Assembly: GCA_028826165.1 (NCBI GenBank)
Contig: JAPDFW010000095.1
Coordinates: 195,807 to 259,806 of the forward strand
Reading direction: 5' to 3'
DNA from: Anaeramoeba ignava BMAN
Taxonomy: Eukaryota; Protista; Anaeramoebae
DNA length: 64,000 nucleotides
Part shown: positions 60,839 to 64,000 of the stretch, in pieces
Layout of the letters: each line of letters opens with the position of its first letter
Position numbering within the stretch: position 1 is the stretch's first letter
Program-made: the position numbers and the translations under genes
Notes under the pieces: generated by a model
Seen by the model: the letters and a program-made list of their open reading frames with translations, nothing else
Databases searched by the model: none
What the model was told of the DNA's origin: nothing

Positions 60839-63290
60839 ATGTCCAGATCACAAAAATTGATAAAATTGTAAACAAACAAAAAGCATTTCCAAACAAATTT
60901 ATAAACAAATTTATAAATAAATTTACAATTAAATTTATAATTAATTTTATAAACAAATTTATAATTATATTTATAATTATATTTATAATTAAATTTATAA
61001 TTAAAATTTATAATAAAATTTATAATAAAATTTATAATTAAATTTATAATTAAATTTATAATTAAAAACTTTTTGATAAAAATAGAATTTTGAGATTTTT
61101 ACATTAACTTATGGAGAAATTGTAACAACTCTTCTTAAAAGATTATGAAGATGTTGAAGAAGTAAATAACCAACTTGATAAAATGGGATATTCAATGGAG
61201 ATTCGAATGGTTTGATGAATTTTTTGGCTTTTACTGGTCTTAATAAATGTAGTGATTTTTAGAGATACTGCTGATGCAATTGCAAATGTAAAAACTAAAT
61301 TAAATTAAATTTAAAAACATTTATAAATTAAATTACAAAACATTTATAAATTAAATTACAAAATATTTATAAATTAAATTAAAAACATTTATAAATTAAA
61401 TTTAAAAACATTTATAAATTAAATTTAAAAACATTTACAAATTAAATTTAAAAACATTTATAAATTAAATTGAATTGAAAACAAATTAAATTTAAAAACA
61501 TTTATAAATTAAATTACAAAACATTTACAAATTAAATTGAAAATATAAATAGAAAGCATTTCCTTTATTTCTTGGATTTCCTGCTGGAATTCAAAATTTT
61601 TGAAAAAAATTTTCATTGGTTCTTGATCAAAATCCATTAATTGAATTTGTAGAATTACCACCAAAATACAAAAGGATTATTTTTATTGCAATATTTTATG
61701 TGGAATTATTCGGTAAAAACAAAAACAAATTTAAATTAAATTCAAAACAAATTCAAAACGAATTCAAATTTATTAATGAAAATTAAATTGAAAACAAAAA
61801 TAAAATTAAATTCAAAACAAATTCAAAACAAATTAAAAACAAATTCAAAAACAAATTAAAAATAAATTCAAAAACAAATTCAAAAACAAATCCAAATTGA
61901 ATTCAAATTTATTAATGAAAATTAAATTGAAAACAAAATAAAATTAAAACAACAATTCAAAACAAATTCAAAATGAATTAAATTCAAAACAAATTAAAAA
62001 TGAATTCAAAATGAATTAAATTGAATTCAAAACAAATTAAATTAAATTCAAAACAAATTCAAAACAAATTGAAAATAAATTCAAAACAAATTCAAATTAA
62101 ATTCAAAATAAATTCAAAACAAATTAAATTGAAAAACAAATTAAACTCAAAACAAATTCAAAACAAATTCAAAACAAATTCAAAATAAATTCAAAATGAA
62201 TTCAAAATAAATTTAAATTCAAATTCAATTTAAATTCAAAAATAAATTCAAAATTAATTTAAATTCAAAATTAAATTCAAAACAAATTAAATTCAAAATG
62301 AATTTAAATTTATTAATGAAAAATAAATTGGAAACAAATTCAAAACAAATTCAAAACAAATTCAAAATGAATTCAAATTGAATTAAATTCAAATTCAATT
62401 TAAATTCAAAATTAAATTCAAAACAAATTCAAAACAAATTAAAAATGAATTCAATTTAAATTCAAAACAAATTCAAAACAAATTCAAAACAAATTCAAAA
62501 TGAATTCAAAATGAATTCAAAACAAATTCAAAACAAATTCAAAACAAATTCAAAATGAATTAAATTCAAAACAAATTAAAACAAAAACAAATTCAAAACA
62601 AATTAAATTCAAAATGAATTCAAAATGAATTCAAATTTATTAATGAAAAATAAATTGGAAACAAATTCAAAATAAATTGGAAACAAATTCAAAATAAATT
62701 CAAAACAAATTCAAAACAAATTCAAAATGAATTCAAAATAAATTGAAAACAAAATAAAATTAAAACAAAAACAAATTCAAAATTAATTTAAATTCAAAAT
62801 TAATTTAAATTCAAAATTAAACTCAAAACAAATTTAAATTCAAATTCAATTTAAATTCAAAACGAATTCAATTTAAATTCAAAACAAATTAAATTCAAAA
62901 TGAATTCAAATTTATTAATGAAAAATAAAATTAAAATTAAAACAAATTGAATTCAAATTTATTAATGAAAAATAAATTAAATTGAAAACAAATCCAAATT
63001 GAATTCAAATTTATTAATGAAAAATAAATTGAAAACAAATTCAAAACAAATTCAAAACAAATTAAAATTAAATTCAAAACAAATTTAAATTTATTAATGA
63101 AAAATAAATTTAAATTCATAATTAATTTAAATTAAATTAAATTAAATTAAATTCAAAATAATTATTTAGAGGATCTCTTGAAATGCTTCAAAATTGATGT
63201 TGAGGCTAAATACAAAAATGCGTTTTAAGAGGTGATGAACGTTCTGAAATTTTCATTAGTCTTAAACAAGATCAAAAAGGAGATAAATAA
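60839..63290 (+). CDS. BET3: TRAPP subunit Bet3/TRAPPC3, multi-exon, with many small indels as assembled
   Basis: Exon fragments EIFTLTYGEIV, DYEDVEEVNNQLDKMGY, FRDTADAIA, AFPLFLG, LDQNPLIEFVELP, YCNILCGIIR|GSLEML and LRGD..SEI. The introns are filled with AAAACAAATTC-type repeats. Confidence 0.82.
61720..63165. repeat. Degenerate (AAAACAAATTC)n satellite in the last Bet3 intron
   Basis: Directly visible. Confidence 0.88.
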
Positions 63291-63325
63291 AAATATTTGC
63301 TTTTTACTTTTTGATAATTTTCTTT

Positions 63326-64000
63326 TCAAAAATTTTTCTTTTTGCTTTTTCTTTTTCTTTTTCTTTTCAAATATCCAAAAATAAAAAGTGGAACAAAAAT
63401 TTTAAATTTATTTGCTTTTCTTATTTTTAAAAAGAAAAATTCAAATAAAAATGCTTCCAATTCATCAATTTTCCATTGATCAGAACTACCAGCTAAATAA
63501 TAATTTAAAGAATCACCTTTTTCAATATTTTTAGGGGAGTTTGATAAGAAAAACCAAAACGAGAGAAAAATATCAAAATCATGAGTTGGATTGCCAGATC
63601 TTGAATAAATACCAACATCACCACCAAAATGTGGACCATGACTTGGTTCATAATAAATTGCCCATTTGATTTTTCTTGCAATTTTTGAATTTTTGGGGAA
63701 TTCGATCTGGATCAATTCCACTTTGCAAAAAGAAAATATAAACGCTTTGAATCTGCAATAAAATTTGGTGTATTTTTACAATCCAACCAACAGAAGTCCA
63801 ACCGCCAAAAATAAAATTATCAGCTGTTTTCATAAAATTGGAAGTTTTCCTTTTTGAATCACATTTTGGTGAAAAATTTGCCCACAAAATCCATCTCTTT
63901 TTCCTGAATATCCTAATTTCATTGATAAAAATTCATCATCTGCAATCCATCTTTGAAGTGTTTTTATAAAATGTTTATGATCTTTTCTTATAATTGCACT
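63326..64000 (-). CDS. 3' part of a TLDc-domain gene (BTB-BACK-TLDc family), running off the window, frameshifted as assembled
   Basis: Fragments GYSGKRDG, KCDSK, FIFGGWTSVGW, AIYY..HGPHFGGD and YLAGS..WKIDELEAF occur across several frames. The true stop is uncertain. Confidence 0.7.

Noticed and set aside
60839-64000. Bet3 and the terminal TLDc gene as pseudogenes or RNA-edited genes
   Set aside because: Indel density rises across both adjacent genes and Bet3 is normally essential, so poor local assembly quality is the simpler explanation.

Overview
This is an extremely AT-rich, intron-containing eukaryotic (protist) window. The BTB/RCC1/TLDc expansions, AT-microsatellite-filled introns and a TCA-pyrimidine motif before start codons suggest an Anaeramoeba-like metamonad, but that assignment is inference. 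About 23 protein-coding loci can be reconstructed: four BTB-BACK-TLDc-type genes (one partial), eight RCC1-propeller/tandem-BTB paralogs, one ankyrin/tandem-BTB gene, a papain-family pseudo-protease, a RalGAP-beta-like gene, a dual-specificity phosphatase, PP2A B56, a degenerate TBC protein, a DUF4139-SPRY protein, a large STRA6-like membrane protein, a nitroreductase, Bet3 and three unassigned proteins. The main discovery is the ankyrin-BTB gene (4631-8100, minus strand), most of which the ORF track misses. Its 24 introns are all phase 0, and they isolate 13 single-codon (3-nt) exons and one 6-nt exon. These encode the variable beta-hairpin tip residues (D-x-x-G) of the ankyrin repeats. The RCC1-BTB array carries the same C-terminal BTB module and varies its propeller loops in a mosaic, gene-conversion-like way. 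Together they suggest a diversified repertoire of Cullin-3-type substrate receptors. Several small frameshifts lie in homopolymers and are probably assembly errors. All gene models were read by hand and lack RNA support.
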